This document shows, piece by piece, positions 13,330-26,365 of a stretch of DNA of 64,000 nucleotides. How positions within the stretch are numbered: position 1 is the stretch's first letter; each line of letters starts with the position of its first letter. A program made the translations under genes and the position numbers. The stretch lies in NCBI GenBank assembly GCA_002189035.1, contig NEEC01000020.1, positions 1,302,001 to 1,366,000 on the forward strand. The letters run 5' to 3'. This stretch comes from Utricularia gibba (Eukaryota > Plantae > Magnoliophyta). The notes under the pieces were generated by a model. The model worked only from the letters and a program-made list of their open reading frames with translations, was not told where the DNA came from and ran no database searches.

Positions 13330-15420
13330 CTAATATTTAACCTGAGGACAAGTTAGGGTAAACTCATGGATCCAATGAGTCAACTCGTTTAGGGTTAAAC
13401 TGATTACTAGGATTATTGGAAAATGAGTTAAGGTCATGTTGGGAAAAACAAGTTAGGGTTGGCCCAACAAGTTGGGCATATTTTAAGGCCTATTTGATTT
13501 TTTTTAAAATTTTTCTCCAAAAACTTGGGGTTTGGACTAATTGACCAATGGTTGAGCCTAATTTTTTATTAAAATATTCAAATTTCACACTTGAATTGTA
13601 TTTTATTTCTTTATTAAATCTAAACAACGATCAGCGTTTTTCACTCTTTATTACATGATCATCAACAACAATTGCGATTTCTTGTTTGAAACTATGATTC
13701 TGAAACTTTCGACCATCATTCCTTTTTTTCTTATTTCCAATTTCCTTTTTTATTTCGTTCTTGGATTCCCATTTTTTGTTTTGTATATTAATTGTTTTGA
13801 AACCTTAGCTCAATTTTTTTTTTCTATTTCTGATTTACTGTATGTTGATTTATACTAGTATGATCTTGATTTTTTGGATTTTTTTTATTCTTTAAATTAT
13901 TGAAAACCTTTGATTAATTTGATCCAAGTATTTTTTTTCCAGGTTTGGAATTTTGAGATGGCATAATCACATCAAAGTTTTACGCTAATTACTGATGTTG
14001 ATTCTCTTCCAGAGGATAACAATGTTTTTGGTTCTAATGTTGGTGATGTTTCAAATTCAATATCTTTGAAAAAAACAGCCAATTGTTTGGCAAGATTATT
14101 TCAACCACAAGAAAGATGTTTAATAGGTAATATATAATTATTGTGGTCAGTCATATTAGCATTAAAAATGTAGTGGAACTATTAATTACTTAAGGTATAT
14201 TACAAATAGATATCCTAATAAGGGTAATTTATTAAGATAATTGAAATTAAATATAGTTGGGATAATCTTACCTTCACCTTTTGTTTTGATGTTTCTTCAT
14301 GTTAAATTGAGTATGTACTTAGTATAGTGTTAAGTGAAAAATCATTTATGGAAATAGAAAACATTTTTATGAGGCATTTTTACGTGAATAGTATACAATC
14401 TAAGTTTGTTTCAATATCGAAAAGAAAAATTGTTAGAATATAAAAAAAAAGAATTTGTAGCAAGGAAATCATGTTTAGTTTCTTCATTTACATTCATGAA
14501 ATTTAAATTTAATTTGACTTGTGGTAGGTGATGTGGAGTTAATGGAGAAGCTAATATTGTTTTAACTATTTATTGGATTGATAGCCAATAGATAGTGCAA
14601 AAGAAAATTATTGGGTTTTGAACAAGCGATTCTTCTCACATAGATACACAAATAGTTGAGTTTATTATTAATATTTGCATTGATTATTCAAGTCTTAATT
14701 GTATTTTCAATATCAATCTTAATAATATCTCTTATAATGCTATTGCTATTAAAATCTTGAAGTCATCTATGAATCTTATGTTAAGTGGATGTTTTTTCAG
14801 ATTGATATGTATTTGTCATATTTTAAATTTATGTATGCAAGATACTATAGATTTAAATGATATGGAATATGATTTAGCTTTTATACATAAATTAAAGAGG
14901 TTGCTTTGTACAACACAACTTAAGCATCATTTTAAAGAAAATATCTTTGATATTTTGAAATGGTGGAAAATACAAGTTTGGAAGACACACTCACAAGTTT
15001 CTCTTTACTCAAAAACTAAATAAATTTATTCTTGTTTTGTTTTGTTTTCTTTAATTTTTTAAATGTAACTAATCAAAAAAAAGTTTTTAACTTTGATAAC
15101 ATTTCTACATTGTCAGTTCCAAGACTATAATAAAGAGAAATGAAAATTTAAAATCATATAAAATTTGAATTTATATATTATGTTCTTTTTTATTTGTGAT
15201 TTATATGATTTTTTTAATTTAATTTATTTTTTTAATTAATCCTAACTAATTGAATTGAGGTTTCGATGTCAATCCGTGAGAGTCTACTGGTGACTCGTGA
15301 GGGTCTGACCGTGCCCAAGTATGGCTAATATGTCAAATTTGTTGGTCATCGGACATGATATTTTCTATTAGGTTTTATCAATAGTAATTTTGACAGCGCA
15401 TTTAGGGTTACAGATCAGAA
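13330..15420 (+). mobile_element. Internally deleted hAT (Ac-like) transposon remnant
   Basis: ORF 14757-15023 fuses CICHILNLCMQD (hAT catalytic region) to FDILKWWK (hAT dimerisation domain). TIRs not confidently found. Confidence 0.5.
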
Positions 15421-15647
15421 ACAATTACATAGAGAATAAATAATTTCGGTATTTTAAAAATATGAATTACGAAATGAAAATTTGGAGCGTTTAATTAGAA
15501 TACACGCAATTAATTCTGATTTCTTGCTTCTCCAGAAGGGCGATGGACAAACAACACCTGTGCCTCTTTAGAGGAGAAGAGAAAAAAGAAAGAGATGCAA
15601 TCAATTCTCTTCCTCATACGAAACCAAACACCAACGCTGCTACTGCT

Positions 15648-15968
15648 TCAGCTGTCGTCGTACGTTGACGCGACGGAGAAGAGAGATCGGAACAGTGCTT
15701 CTTCGCAGGGGATGGTGAGGCCCATTTGGTGCTCGAACCCAAATTCCTCTTCTGCTTTCCTGAGAAGACACTGAAACTCCGGGTGCCGCAGGAAGGAGAT
15801 GGGTACGATGTACCTGCTCCGCTCCTCCCCGACGTAGACCGCGAAATGGCCCTTGGGCGGCAGAACTCTCTCGTCGTGTACGTGATGGCGATGCCGGCGA
15901 TGGTGAGGAGTGTACCGCATTTTCCCTAAATTGGACCATTTCTTCAGCATCTTCTTCAGCCCTGCCAT
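15648..15968 (-). CDS. SAUR: SAUR (small auxin-up RNA) family protein, 106 aa, intronless
   Basis: [53 protein letters not shown] is the canonical SAUR domain; His/Arg-rich N-terminus. Confidence 0.93.
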   Translation of the reverse strand: MAGLKKMLKKWSNLGKMRYTPHHRRHRHHVHDERVLPPKGHFAVYVGEERSRYIVPISFLRHPEFQCLLRKAEEEFGFEHQMGLTIPCEEALFRSLFSVASTYDDS

Positions 15969-16249
15969 TTGCAGACGCAGAAGAGAAATGGGGAACGGGA
16001 ACTGGGTTTCAGTGAGTGAGGAAGGGGGATTTTATTGATGAAGGAGGAGTTGCAGTTCCGATGCGAGGGCACATGGGGGGAAGGGATTCTTTGGGGCCGG
16101 TGTGCAGTCGCAACGTGGTAGCCCAGTGTAGTGCAGTACAATATTTTGTACCCATCTTCACCGGGTACGGATCCTTACTACTGAACTCCAACCACTAACT
16201 CACCAGCCCCTTTGGGTTGGACTGATGTTTGCTACTTGAGTGCTTAATT

Positions 16250-16810
16250 CATCTATAAAGAATCACATGAAAATGAAGGGATCTGCTCCGTTTTCTAAAG
16301 TGCATTTATTCCCACTCATCTTACCCTTTTGAGATCATTTTTGCATTTTATTTTCATCTCCCAAAAGAGAATCACATCAGCTTTTTTACTGTAACGCACA
16401 TCAGCGTTCGTGCTATTGCATTTTATGAGAAGAAAAACAGGATTTAGGTGCTGGAGTGTTAAGTTATTCTGGTCAGTATTCACGTGCTTAATAGAGCGTT
16501 TTTTTTCACTAAAACTACAAAACATGTTGGTTTGGGTGTAGAGTTGAGAGCTCAGAGCAGGGATTGATGTCAAATCAATGACGCGATGCTATTTATATAA
16601 TCTCTGTGTGTTTCATTGAAATGGGACCGAATATCACAAAAGGAAGCAGTCGCCTGCTCCATTTTCGGTGATGGTGAGAAATAAATTTTACCCTGTTGCC
16701 CGCGTTCACGTGCTCCTCCTCTTGTTGCGCAGCATACGCTAATCATCACCCCAAGGCATGGTCCTGCATCGTGGTCCCTCTCCCTCTGAAGAGTAGAGGA
16801 GAGGGACCAA
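16250..16810 (-). promoter_or_regulatory. Upstream regulatory region of the SAUR gene
   Basis: CACATG 16264-16269; G-boxes CACGTG 16481-16486 and 16707-16712; GGTCCCAT on - at 16621-16628 (motif known from the soybean SAUR NDE element); TCP-type GTGGTCCC at 16771 and GGGACCA at 16803. Confidence 0.5.
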
Positions 16811-17014
16811 TGAGAAAAACCAGAATCCAGCCCACAGGAACCTCCCTCAACGACCCAAGTGTTTCACATTTTCTACCCACCTTCTTTTATCAAGTAGAGA
16901 GTGAATCCAATACACAATACACCGTCTGTGTTTCTATGCTTCACTGGATGTTTTGTGTGCATTCCAAACACGTTGATCAAAAGTTTGGAATGGTAAAATA
17001 ATATCCACACTTAT

Positions 17015-18281
17015 TGATAACATACAAATTTTTCTATTTTTATGATATGAAATCATAACCTTTTAACTATGTCTTAGGTGTTTATTTTTATAGTTTTGAG
17101 TATTTTACCAAAACTTAGTAAATGTGTGTATGTTATGTGCATGTGGGCTAAATTTTTTCATGCAAGCAGCAAATTCCAAAAGTTAGGAAATGACACAAGG
17201 ATTTCATGTAAGCAATCATTTATCAAACTCAGTAGCATAAAAAGAGTAGTAGTACTGTCATAGATAATACATACTTAAGGAAATAGAGGAAGAAAATATT
17301 TTTTTGAGGGAAAGAGAGAGAAAAAAGAGAGTTGGAGCAATGAAGAACATAGAAGGAGAAACTCCCAAAACAAGAATACCGAACGAGAAAGAAGAAGGAG
17401 ATTTTTCAAAAAGAAAACTTTCCAACTTGAATAGTATCACCAAGACATAGTTTAGCACTATTGTTTCGAGTTGTAAACAATAGTAGATGAAAATTAGAAC
17501 TATTTCTACTTTATTTTCATTTACTTTATATCATGGTTTATTTTTCAGCATGAGTAACTAAACTTTAGGGATGCCTTAAAATGTAGATATATGATGTGGA
17601 TTAGGGTTCATAAGATAATTGAGTATTGTATTTTAGTTTTTGTTTCTATCATTCCTCAATTAGATCTAAAAGAGGTAATAAATGGCTTTACAACCCAAAT
17701 ATTTGATTTAGAGGTAGATCAACAAATCAAAGTGAGTATCATAGGTGTTAATCTTGGATAAAACCAGTAGAATCAATTAGACTTAACTCTACACATTTTA
17801 CATATGGATATTAGAGACTATCATATTAGAATCAAAGTGTAGAATGGGTGATGATATTCAAGACTATCATAATCAAAAATATAAGAAATAATCTAGGTAC
17901 ACCTAGGTTATTTAGAGTTGTAAGTATAGAAACATTATAAATTAAATTAGGAACCTTAGTATTATATTACTTACATACCCTTGAGATATCTTAGTATTAT
18001 CTCATAGTTAGAATCAGTATTTGTTACTTTTTGATTTGTAATTCGACCTTATTTATTGAATTCATGTAATGCTGTTAGTTTGACCTTAGATTAACACTAA
18101 AATAATTCTGTGATCTTGCATAGGCTAGAACATATAGCAAGTATTCGTTTTTTGTGATTGATCCCAAAATTCCATTATACATCTTGTGTTTAATTTGCAT
18201 TTTGTGAAAACTAGGGCTTATAAATTTATTTGATATAGAATTTTAATTTTATTACAACGATATAGAATTTTCCATTTATCA
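17015..18281 (+). mobile_element. Solo LTR of the same Athila-type family as the 37-47 kb element
   Basis: Begins TGATAA, ends TTATCA, and is flanked by a perfect 5-bp TSD CTTAT (17010-17014 and 18282-18286). Internal blocks such as GAGGTAGATCAACAAATCAA and TATAAATTTATTTGATA match 43667-44629. Confidence 0.85.
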
Positions 18282-18309
18282 CTTATCCTTGGAAGACTTA
18301 TATCAAACC

Positions 18310-18890
18310 CAGTGTTTTCAACTTAGAATTTTTAATCGGACAGGTATGAAACCAGTGTGGTTCAAAAACTGAGTTTAACCAATCAAATACGATTTTTGAG
18401 TCAAACCTGAATTAGTAAAAAAATATTATAATTTCTTAAAAAGATTAAATTAATCATGATCAAAATCAAATATTAATAATATAATAAATATATTTAGTTT
18501 TTCAGAATACATATATTGTATATTTTCACTAATAAAAAGATAAATATTGAAATATTCAATTTTCTTATTGAAAAAAATCACATTAATGATAAGTTACACA
18601 CTAAAACTTTTTTGTACATATAAAAGATAGTATAAAACTCGTTATTCAAAATAAATTGTAATTATTTTTTATTCCAATAATCAATATGATGATCAAATTG
18701 AAATATTTTTTAAATAAATTTTTGATAAAAATAAAAGAATATATCACACTTGATTCATACTTTTAAAATCCTATTTTTTTATTTTTTAATTTAAAAAATT
18801 AAAATTTGAAATTAGAAAAAAATTATATACAAAAACAGATAATTGGACATACAATTAACCAATGAATTACCAAAAATCAATTAATTAGTT
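18310..18890. mobile_element. Non-autonomous DNA-transposon-like dispersed repeat
   Basis: Starts CAGTGTTTT; clearly similar to 29826-30190 (TTTAACCAATCAAAT / TTTGACCAGTCAAAT, AAAAAATCACATTAA blocks). Confidence 0.45.
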
Positions 18891-19299
18891 CAACTCATCA
18901 TTAATTGGCCAAGTTGAAAACATAGAGAGGACCACGTTTATTCAAAAACTTTTTAATATGACTAGTTTGTTTTTCATAGGATGCCCCACTACGGATGCAT
19001 GAAATAGAAGCATCCACAAAAGAAAGCATGACAAGGTTGCATGAACAAATATATATCATGTATAAACATGACCGAAAGAACCTATCACCAATGCACTCAT
19101 TTGGAGAGGGTCCTAAGTTGCCAAACCAGTCTGATATCATGTATTCTAGATGTCCCAAAGTAGCTATGCAAGCATTTTCATAGAAGTTACCATTTTGTCA
19201 AGAAGAGTGAACAAAACTACCTCTTGAGAACTGATCATTAGCTTTTTTATCTAGGACTTAGCTTACCTTTTGTTGCACTTTGAAGCTAAAGCTAGAGCT

Positions 19300-22200
19300 C
19301 GATGAAAGTGGAAGGATTCTAGTCTAGAATCTATATTAATTTCGACCACAATTGATAGTTCAGTTAGTTGTCAAGGCCTCATTACACAATCAAAACCCTA
19401 GAATACATGATATTTGATATAAGAGTAGTTGATTCTTGCTTGTGAAATGGAAGAGCTCAACTAGATGATCAGGGCTCTACACGCATGGATGGACTCTTGG
19501 ATGACTACCTTAGAATACTAGATGGATTTTCATATTCATGACCTCTTGCCGAAAACTCCAACTATCAGGGAAAAAGACTAGCGGTGGAAAAGTAATTGGA
19601 AGTTTACAATCACAAATTAGGAATCGATTAACTATGCTTGGAAGTACCAAATTATGATGGTGAAATCGATCCCCTAGGTGATTGACTAGATACAAACATG
19701 TATTTGAATACCACAATACTAGTGATAAGAATAAATTGCGGATCATTGCTACCTAGTTAGAAGGGTTGTATCAGAGCTAGTCCATGTGGCATAGAAGAAA
19801 TAATCCAAACTTGAAATGGAAAAATTCAAACTTTTGCAATCTCTAGTTTGAACCTAGGAATTGAGCTTCTAGCATGACACAATTTGCCAAATTAAATATG
19901 GAGAGGAGCTCAGAAGAATACAATCAGTGCTTCTAGAAAATGATCATCATGGAATAGAACTTAGACACACTGAGTGAGATGGAATACATATACTTGAGTG
20001 GACATCCAAAAGATTATGAGACCCAAGTGACACTCTAAAATCATGTGACACCATGGATTGAATGAACTTAGTGATACTACTGTATAAAGGGAATGGATCC
20101 CCAAAAGACAACACATAAAAACAATACTTCAAAGTGGAAGGAGAACCCAATAGTGATTTGATAAATGAAAATTTCCTAATGTCGTTGCAAGAATAGAAAT
20201 TTCGTTATCAAATAAATTTATAGTCCTTAATCTACACAAAATACAAATTTAGAAAACTTGTATAGTGGATGTCGGGGTCGATCACGAAGAGCTTGTGCTT
20301 GCTAAGTGTTTTAGTAAATGCACAATTCGGAATAATAGTAAGTCTTAGTCTAAGCTCGGACTAGCCGTGGCAAGTAAGTTCAGTAAAGGGAAACAGGTAT
20401 CAATGCGAAAGGTAATAAGTACTGGTTCTAACTCAGAATAACACGAAAATGCCTTAAGTATCTAAAAGTGGTGTTATGCTAAGGTGCCTGATTTAATTTA
20501 TCATGTTCCTACATTCACAACTTCAAATAACCTAAGTCTACTTAGGCCATTCATCATATTTTCGGCTAAGCTAGTCCCCAATATCATAACCAACATTGCA
20601 ATTAGGTCTACCAGCATGCAAAGCACATAGAACTAGATATCCTCGGTTCTATCCTGAACTAACACCTACTGCTCCCGTCTTGATTTGTTAGTCTACCTCT
20701 AAATCAAGCATCTAAGTTGTGAAGCTACTTATTCCCCTCCTTAGGTCTACTCATGGATTGATAGAAACAAGAGTTAAGGAACAAACATAAATTTCATTAT
20801 TAACCCTAAGCACACACCACCATACTTTACCTTAAGGCATTTCTAAGGCTTTAGCTACTCATACTTTGAAAATCAAATATGAATTAACATAAAGCAATGA
20901 AAATGTCAAGAACATCGTGAAAGAGTTGATTGTAGAAACTGAAAACATCAACAAACGAAAATAAAGCAGTAAGAGTTCTGGTTTTCGTCTACTACTGTTC
21001 CTAGGCCGGAACAGTAGTGCTGGACTGGGCTCTTCTGTTGTTCTTGAGAATGAAGTTCTTCTTCTCCTCTCCTCGTTCAATACTCATCGTGTTGGGGTTG
21101 GGGGAGAAACCCCCTCGTGTGCTCCCCTGTTCGCTACGCGTTCTCCCTTTCTTGAAAAATATCTCCCCTCCTTTACTTCATTGCACTGTTCCTGACACCA
21201 GCACTGTTCCTGACCTAAACCTGCAGACTGTGGACAACAGAACAGTGCATTATGTCTCCTCTTTTAATGCTGTCTATTCTTCCAAATCTCTATATGCACG
21301 AAATTCACGTCTCCTCACTGATTTTAGAACTTTGTTGCTGGACTAGAAAAAAAATGTTAATAACATGGGATGGGCTAAATTAAAGGATTTAGCTCATTAA
21401 CACATAAAATCACATTATGTCCTAAAATTTGGTAAAAATACTAAAAACTATAAGATAAATACTTAAAACATGATTCAAAAGCATAATTTTCTTATTTTAA
21501 TAATAGAAAAATTTATGATGATTTAACGAGAAAACTTATATGATAAAAGAAGCCCCATCACCGAAAAATAGAGAATAAAAAATCTGATGCTAAAATATTT
21601 ATGATATAAGGACTTGTGACTTGATTTTTAGATACTTCAAGTGCCAATTAAGGATGGCATTCACATGGAATTCAAGAAAATCAAAGCTATCATCAATTGG
21701 AAGGAATCTTAGACTCTTAAGGGACTAAGGGGATTTCTAGGACTAGTTAGATATCATCATCGATTCTTTAGACAATGCAGAAGCATTTTGACAGCATTGG
21801 ACATCATGTTTAACAAGGAAGCAAAGGTTTCCTTTGATAAACTTAAGTTAGCATTGACTCAAGCACCTATATTAATCACACCAAATTTTGAAGCAATCTT
21901 TGTAATAGATTTGGGATAGGAGCTATTTTGCACTAAGATCATCATTTGATCACATGTTACAACAAAACACTATTGAAAGACACAAGAATGTCTCTCTATA
22001 TATAAAAAAATCAATAGAAATGGTTTATATAGTTAAACATTGGAGGTAATACTTGTGGGGCAAATGAGTTTTAGTTGAGAGTTATCACAAAAGCCTGCAA
22101 TTGTAGATGCAATAGTAGGTGAGAATACCATTCTAGTAGAAGTGGATAAGCAAACTACTTGATACACTTTCATGATTGAATATCACACAAAGAAGGAAAA

Positions 22201-22500
22201 CAAGTTGTTGATGCTCTCTCCAGAAAGACTGATTCAGTAAAATTGATACTGTTAGCATTATCAATGCCTCAACTCAAGATATTGAAGGAGATCATAAATT
22301 AAATTAGGACTCATAAAGAATTATAGATTCAAGTGTATAAAATTTAGATGGAAATTAGAGCCCACACTAGTTGTTGAAAAATGATCAGATTTATTATACG
22401 CATAGAATTTATATGAAAACTCCTTCCACTGTGACTCCAAGATTAGTTCTATCATGAAGGAGTTCACAAAACTACTTAGAGAATTCATTGGAACTTTTAT
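19300..22500 (+). mobile_element. Highly decayed Ty3/gypsy internal region (gag, RT/RNase H remnants) interrupted by a solo LTR
   Basis: LEVPNYDGEIDP gag-like motif near 19635-19675; decayed KIKAIINW...LRGFLGL RT-connection motif near 21675-21745; many stops. Confidence 0.6.
20159..21518 (-). mobile_element. Solo LTR of the Athila-type family, one end eroded
   Basis: Collinear with 37081-38485 over ~1.3 kb (e.g. ATCAAATAAATTTATAGTCC..AATCTACACAAAATACAAATTTAGAAAAC). Left end TGATAA; candidate TSD TGATT at 20154-20158 and 21519-21523; right terminus lacks the expected TATCA. Confidence 0.75.
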
Positions 22501-23239
22501 CAAAAAGTAATGACCATTGATGTGCAGTAGTATGTTTAATCTGTAAAATTTTTATCAAACATAGTCCATCAAACAAGAAAGCTAAACAAGACATGAAACA
22601 CATTAAGATAGCAACCATATAGCTGATGTTGTATATACATGGCTAACCATTCATTATTCATGGCAGCAGCCTATTCGTTGCCTCATGCATTACATGCTTG
22701 AATAGTAGCAACCCTTGATGCATCCTCCCTCATATTAATACTATCTCCTCCATCGTTATAGAAGTCTTGAGGCACAACATCTTCTAGGGGATCAACAGTT
22801 ATCTTCTTTCGGATATGTGAAGCAATGTACATTGGAACACTATTCAATTTTGAGTAATTTTTGGATAAAAACTAGCAAACCAAAACATGTTTCACCTTAT
22901 TTTCATTAACCCACCATTCTCACAATATGAAGTTGTGAAGTTGGCCACATATTGAAATGCTCCTTCACATTTTGAGGTGCTTGACTTTCAAGTCCTTAAT
23001 CCTGCAAATGATAATGAATTTCGTATATAGTGCTAAAAATGCTTTCTTATTAGTATATCTCTTGTCAAATAAGTAGTATGTACTTATAAATCCATGACAT
23101 TTTCAATCAGTTGTGCAGCCATGAAAACAAAATAAAGGACAACATCTAAGTGAGATACCTAGACATATATGAAAGTCATTTTTCTAAGTGAGTGCATTGT
23201 GGAAGTCTTTAATGTTTACAATAGCGACCTTCCAACCTA

Positions 23240-24680
23240 TTAAGACATTGTTGTACTTGTTATGGAGGATGTTCCTTGAAGGCCAACACAAGGCCATCCT
23301 TCAAGACCCAACCTTTAGAAGACGACCTGATTTCCATGGACCAACATGATCGATTCTGAATGAGCTTCAAAATGGTATGCTATGTACAATGAGAATATTC
23401 ATTGTTTGTAAGGTATTATAGCATTTATTTTATACTTGCTAGGGAGCATCTCGTGAAGGCTAAAATAAGGTCATCTTTTGAGACCAAATCTTCTTTCAAT
23501 GATTGTATTTTCTTGAACCAATGTGACCGGCTCTAAATGACTTCGAAACAATATGTTGTGTTCAACAAGAATATTATGTTTGGTAAGATATTGCAACATT
23601 TTTGTCATACTTGTCATAGGAGGCATCCCCTGAAGGCTAATATAAGGTCATTCTTTGAGACTCAACCTTCATCGGACGATCGAATTTTCATAGATCAACA
23701 TGACTGGCTCTAAATAAGCTTCGAAATAGTATATTGTATTCATTGAGAATATTCATGGTTTATAAGATATTGCAACATTTCTGCCATACTCATCATAGGG
23801 GATGTCCCATGAAGCCTAATATAAGGCCATCCTTTGAGACCCAACCTGATGAGCCCCAGGAAGATGATGAAGAGTATTTAAAGAATGATAAAGATGTTGT
23901 ACAAGTAAACACCTTGGATAATAAGATCATTCTATCAGGACTAATGACAAGGAGTAGGAGCAAGATGATTGAAGCTACACTCAAGACTCTACTCAACACT
24001 ATTGATATCAATGAGCTTGGAGTCTTACCATCAAAGGAGCTCAACTATTTGAGGCTGAATCTACTTTAAAGTCCAAAACATTTCTTCATCCTTCATGTGT
24101 GTTATTCGACTTGTTAGTCTTTCCTTTTTTATTTAGTTTGGGTTTTGGAATGTTAGAACCAAATTCTAGAGTATAAATACTTTAGAAATGTATTCTTTGA
24201 AGTACCTTTAGTTCGTTTCATGTATCTTGCAAAGAATTTCTTCTTCTTTAAGTACTTGAACACTCTTGACTTATCAAGCTTTTAGCTTATTGTATCTTAG
24301 GATTATTACTTCCAATTCCTTCTCCTTCTGAAGTGTGGCTCTTAATTCCCTTTCTTTCAAAGTCTGGTTGCAAAAGATTAATTCTCTTGAGGGTAAACTT
24401 GGGTGGGTTCCTTTTTAAGTTTTAGAAATCACCTCTTGTTCATAGGTTGCTAATCTCTTTAGATTAGAGGGTCGCATCACAATCTTCATCGGACTATTGA
24501 ATTTTCATGGACCAATTCGATTGGCTCTCAATGAGCTTCGGAAGGGTATGCTATGTAACAAGAATATTCACAATTTGTAAAATATCACAACATTTGTCAT
24601 ACTTGCCATGAAAGCATCTCCTGAAGGCTAGCATAAGGTCATCATTCAATATCCAATCTTCGTTGGAAGATGTCAAGCCC
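23240..24680. repeat. Short tandem array of ~177-179-bp monomers (about 4.5 units) split by an LTR insertion
   Basis: The GAAG(G/C)C...ATAAGG(T/C)CAT anchor recurs at 23278, 23455, 23632 and 23811, then at ~24623 after the insert. Monomers are visibly diverged. Confidence 0.8.
23847..24479 (+). mobile_element. Solo LTR with CRM (centromeric retrotransposon)-like features, 633 bp
   Basis: Termini TGATG...CATCA; near-perfect TSD CAACC/CAATC. The 5' part encodes SGLMTRSRSK, similar to the integrase C-terminal CR motif that extends into CRM LTRs. Confidence 0.72.
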
Positions 24681-25549
24681 TTTCAATTTTTCATATCTAG
24701 GTTTATCAATTACTGGTTATATACACATACAATGAAAAGGAGGGAAAAAAACAAAAGTATAATAAGGATATATTTGGATTTTTTGTGTATGATCAAAGCT
24801 ATTCCAAAAGATTAGAAATATTGAGAAAAAAAAGAAAAATAAAAGATAATATGCTTCCATTTTAGTTTTCATGTTTTTGGTTGAAAGCAAGATGCTTCTA
24901 ATTGCTGGAGGTGCAACCAAAAGCATATTTATTTCTCAGGAGAAACAGTTTCTGAAAAATAAAAAATAATCTAAAGTTGAATGAACCAAAGGCTTGGGTG
25001 AACGATGTGTTTTATGGGAATATTTGATAAGTTTACATTTAATTAGATTTAAAGAATTTTTTATGTTTGATACATCTAAAACAAAAATCATACAAAAAAT
25101 TGATTTTTATATACAAATCAATATATATATTTATCATTTGATTAATTTATATTTTGAACCTTTAAATTATTTAACATATTCTATATATTTTTATCATGCT
25201 AAAACGGTCCCTCCCCCTATACCAACAATCCCAAAAAAACAACAAAATACACAAAAAAAATCAAAATAATATAAAAATATTAAAATCAAAATTTCCTTTT
25301 GAAAAAAAAAAAGGGCTGTGGAGATACGGGTTTATAATTTTATTAGGAAAATAATAATATTAAATAGGATTATAAATAAAATGTTAAAATTGTTCAAAGC
25401 AATCATTTAAAGTCGGTATATATCAATCAATATGGTGGGTTTGAGTAAAATCCACTAGTTTGGAAAATCACAGATTTTTATCGAAGAAGGGTTTAAATAA
25501 ATTATATATATCAAACGCATACAATATATTTCCTATGTAAATAAAACCA

Positions 25550-25696
25550 ATGCGTCCACTAGCAGGAAGAGGCTACTACGGACTACCCATTGTTCTCTCT
25601 GTGATACTTGTTCTCCTTTTGGTGTTAGACCAGAGAAATAGAGCAAATGCGTCCACCGTCACACAAGCAGAAGATGCGACAGGTGCCCCTCGTTAG
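25550..25696 (+). CDS. Candidate small secreted peptide or its pseudogene, 48 aa (below the ORF-track cut-off)
   Basis: MRPLAGRGYYGLPIVLSVILVLLLVLDQRNRANA-STVTQAEDATGAPR*: basic N-terminus, hydrophobic core and AxA cleavage motif; TATATA ~45 nt upstream. No family recognised. Confidence 0.3.
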   Translation: MRPLAGRGYYGLPIVLSVILVLLLVLDQRNRANASTVTQAEDATGAPR

Positions 25697-26365
25697 CTGT
25701 ATCATGATGATTAAGATTAGTTAAGACGACTCCATACATGATTCTTCTGCTAAGGGATAAGCAGACTCCAGCTAAGCCAAGTCTTAACCAACAGGGACCA
25801 ATGAAATCTAAACCCCAAACCAAGTAATAATCAGTTGATCATCTGGTTGGTTTTGATTTTCTGAGAATTAGATAATTGTCGTATTGGTGAAGCATTAAAT
25901 GAAAAGGAAATAATCTATATGCTAAATCCAATTTGACAAGATATCATCAACCACCCACTTCTTGCACAAAATTATCTACTTTCACATCAATCTATGCTCA
26001 GAACCCATATCACATGATCTTAGCAAGCCCAAAACCCCATGAAAGATATCGTATTACATCGATCTAAACATGAGTGTCAAGGAAAATATCTAGTACAAGG
26101 ATAGTGTGATCATTTTTCAAAGCTCGAGTGTGCAGCTGTGTCTACCCGATGTATGACCCATTCAAAAACTCTAAAATGTGAACTATGAACATGTAGATTC
26201 TTTTTAAATAACCGAAAAAAAAAAATCCCTAGCCAAGCATACAGAGTTCCAATACAATATATCCATGCTAATCATACATTGGAAGGAAGTAACAGTGATC
26301 ATGGGTCTCTTCAACAGTGATTACAAGAGAAAACGAGATGTAATTAGAAAAACATAGATTTGTAT

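Noticed and set aside
22560-23100. Possible FAR1/MULE SWIM-domain remnant on -
   Set aside because: The motifs are too degenerate to support a call by eye.
23240-24680. CRISPR-like interpretation of the periodic repeat
   Set aside because: Whole monomers are homologous with no unique spacers, the context is eukaryotic, and no cas genes are present.
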